A stretch of 47,342 bases of DNA from Sphingomonas sp. (lineage in GTDB: Bacteria; Pseudomonadota; Alphaproteobacteria; Sphingomonadales; Sphingomonadaceae), in the NCBI GenBank assembly GCA_032907585.1, contig JAJJPO010000117.1, positions 1-47,342 on the forward strand, written 5' to 3'. The notes beneath the pieces are model-generated. The model was not told where the DNA came from. It ran no database searches and worked only from the letters and a program-made list of their open reading frames with translations. Made by a program: the position numbers and the translations under genes. Of the stretch, positions 46,203 to 47,342 are shown one piece after another. The first letter of the stretch is position 1; each line of letters opens with the position of its first letter.

Positions 46203-47342
46203 TCAAAGTGCATCGGCGGCGTGGAGGGCCAGCCCGACCAGCCCGCCGACCAGCGTCCCGTTGATCCTGATATACTGAAGGTCGCGGCCGACGGTGGTTT
46301 CGAGCCGATCCGTGATCGTCCGGGCGTCCCACCGCCGGACCGTCTCGCTGACCAGCTTGACGATCGAGCCGCCATAGCTTGCCGCCATGCCGGACACGGC
46401 GCGGCGCGCGAACATGTTGATCGCGCGCTTGAGCCGCTGATCGTTCTCGAGGCTCTGGCCCATCGACTTGAGTATTTCTCCGAGCTTTCCGGCCATCGCC
46501 GCGTCGGGATTTCGCGCGGCCCTGATCATCGATTCGCGGCCTTTCTGCCAGAGCGTGTCGAGCCATAGCGAGACCGACCGGTTGTCGAGCAGCTGGAGCT
46601 TGATTTCCTCGACTTTCTCGCGCGTCTCGGGCCGGGTCTGGAGGTCATTGGCGAGATCCGCGAGCGCCTGCTCGATCTTGATCCTTACCGGATGGGCGGG
46701 ATCGGTATGCATGTCCGCGCTCAGCTTTCTCAGGCCATCGACAATGGCATCAGCGAGCTTCGCATCCAGGCCCGCGAGCTTCAGGATCCAGTTGGCGCGC
46801 TTGTGGACCATCTCCCGGATCAGCACCTCGTTGGCGTCGAGCGCACGGGCCGTCCAGCGGATTGCCGCCTCGAGCATCGGGACATGGCGGTCCTCGTTGA
46901 TCGCCGAGGCCAGAGCCGCGCCGAGGAGCGGCGAGACTTCGAGCCGCCGTATCCGGCCCGCTATCGAGCTCTTGACGAGGCCGCCGAGGCGCTCGTCGTC
47001 GAGGCTTTCGAACAGGTCGGCGATGAGGCGGCTGGCGCCCTGCCGGATCCGCGTCTCCTGGCCCTGCGGCGCCTGGAGGAAGCGGCCGAGGATCCCGGCA
47101 AGATCAATGTTGCGCATCCGTCTCGCCACCACCGGCGCGACGAGGAAATTCTGGTTGAGGAAATTGGCCAGCGCATCACCGATCCGGTCCTTGTTGCGGG
47201 GGATGATCGCGGTGTGCGGGATCGGGAGCCCCAGCGGATGGCGGAACAGGGCCGTGACCGCGAACCAGTCGGCAAGGCCGCCGACCATTGCTGCCTCGGC
47301 GAACGCCTTGACGTAGCCGATCCAGGGATAGGCCCCCTCCCA
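46203..47342 (-). CDS. DUF445 (YjiN-like) membrane protein, 5' end beyond window
   Basis: AFAEAAMVGGLADWFAVTALFRHP, HTAIIP.NKDRIG, VGRDLQYIRINGTLVGG; frame open to window end. Confidence 0.9.
   Translation of the reverse strand, partial: WEGAYPWIGYVKAFAEAAMVGGLADWFAVTALFRHPLGLPIPHTAIIPRNKDRIGDALANFLNQNFLVAPVVARRMRNIDLAGILGRFLQAPQGQETRIRQGASRLIADLFESLDDERLGGLVKSSIAGRIRRLEVSPLLGAALASAINEDRHVPMLEAAIRWTARALDANEVLIREMVHKRANWILKLAGLDAKLADAIVDGLRKLSADMHTDPAHPVRIKIEQALADLANDLQTRPETREKVEEIKLQLLDNRSVSLWLDTLWQKGRESMIRAARNPDAAMAGKLGEILKSMGQSLENDQRLKRAINMFARRAVSGMAASYGGSIVKLVSETVRRWDARTITDRLETTVGRDLQYIRINGTLVGGLVGLALHAADAL

Overview
A high-GC, very gene-dense chromosomal window of an alphaproteobacterium, most likely a sphingomonad (inferred from gene content and order: pgmG, mipZ, gapR/DUF2312, ATP12, phasin-clpS-murA). 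It is mostly core genes: rpmF-plsX-fabH, a pabB-pabC fusion, three members of the ligase-associated DNA-damage cluster (Lhr-core helicase, PdeM, MBL exonuclease; no ligase), pgmG-mipZ-panC, gapR-yebC-ruvCAB-ybgC-tolQRAB-pal, pyk, pccB-osmC-mce, rluC-HAD-ATP12, gmk, phasin, clpS and murA. I saw no tRNA, rRNA, CRISPR array or mobile element. The best candidate for an undescribed system is a three-gene operon at about 29.56-35.42 kb behind an AT-rich promoter with a CtrA-like box. It encodes (1) a membrane-targeted, Ala-rich protein of about 526 aa built from about 40 tandem 10-residue repeats, (2) a predicted outer-membrane protein of about 1037 aa fusing a gluzincin HEXXH domain, a TolB/PD40 propeller and an Omp85-like barrel (split here by a 1-nt frameshift), and (3) a PrsW-family intramembrane protease with no neighbouring sigma/anti-sigma pair. 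I read this as a possible dedicated processing and export system for a repeat protein; that is inference. Smaller observations: probable CTG starts at CTGA junctions (ruvC, lhr), several likely leaderless genes, PhaR-type operators and an AT-hook extension on the phasin, an M20 peptidase with altered metal ligands, and two frameshifts that may be sequencing errors. All family calls come from motif recognition by eye, not from database searches.
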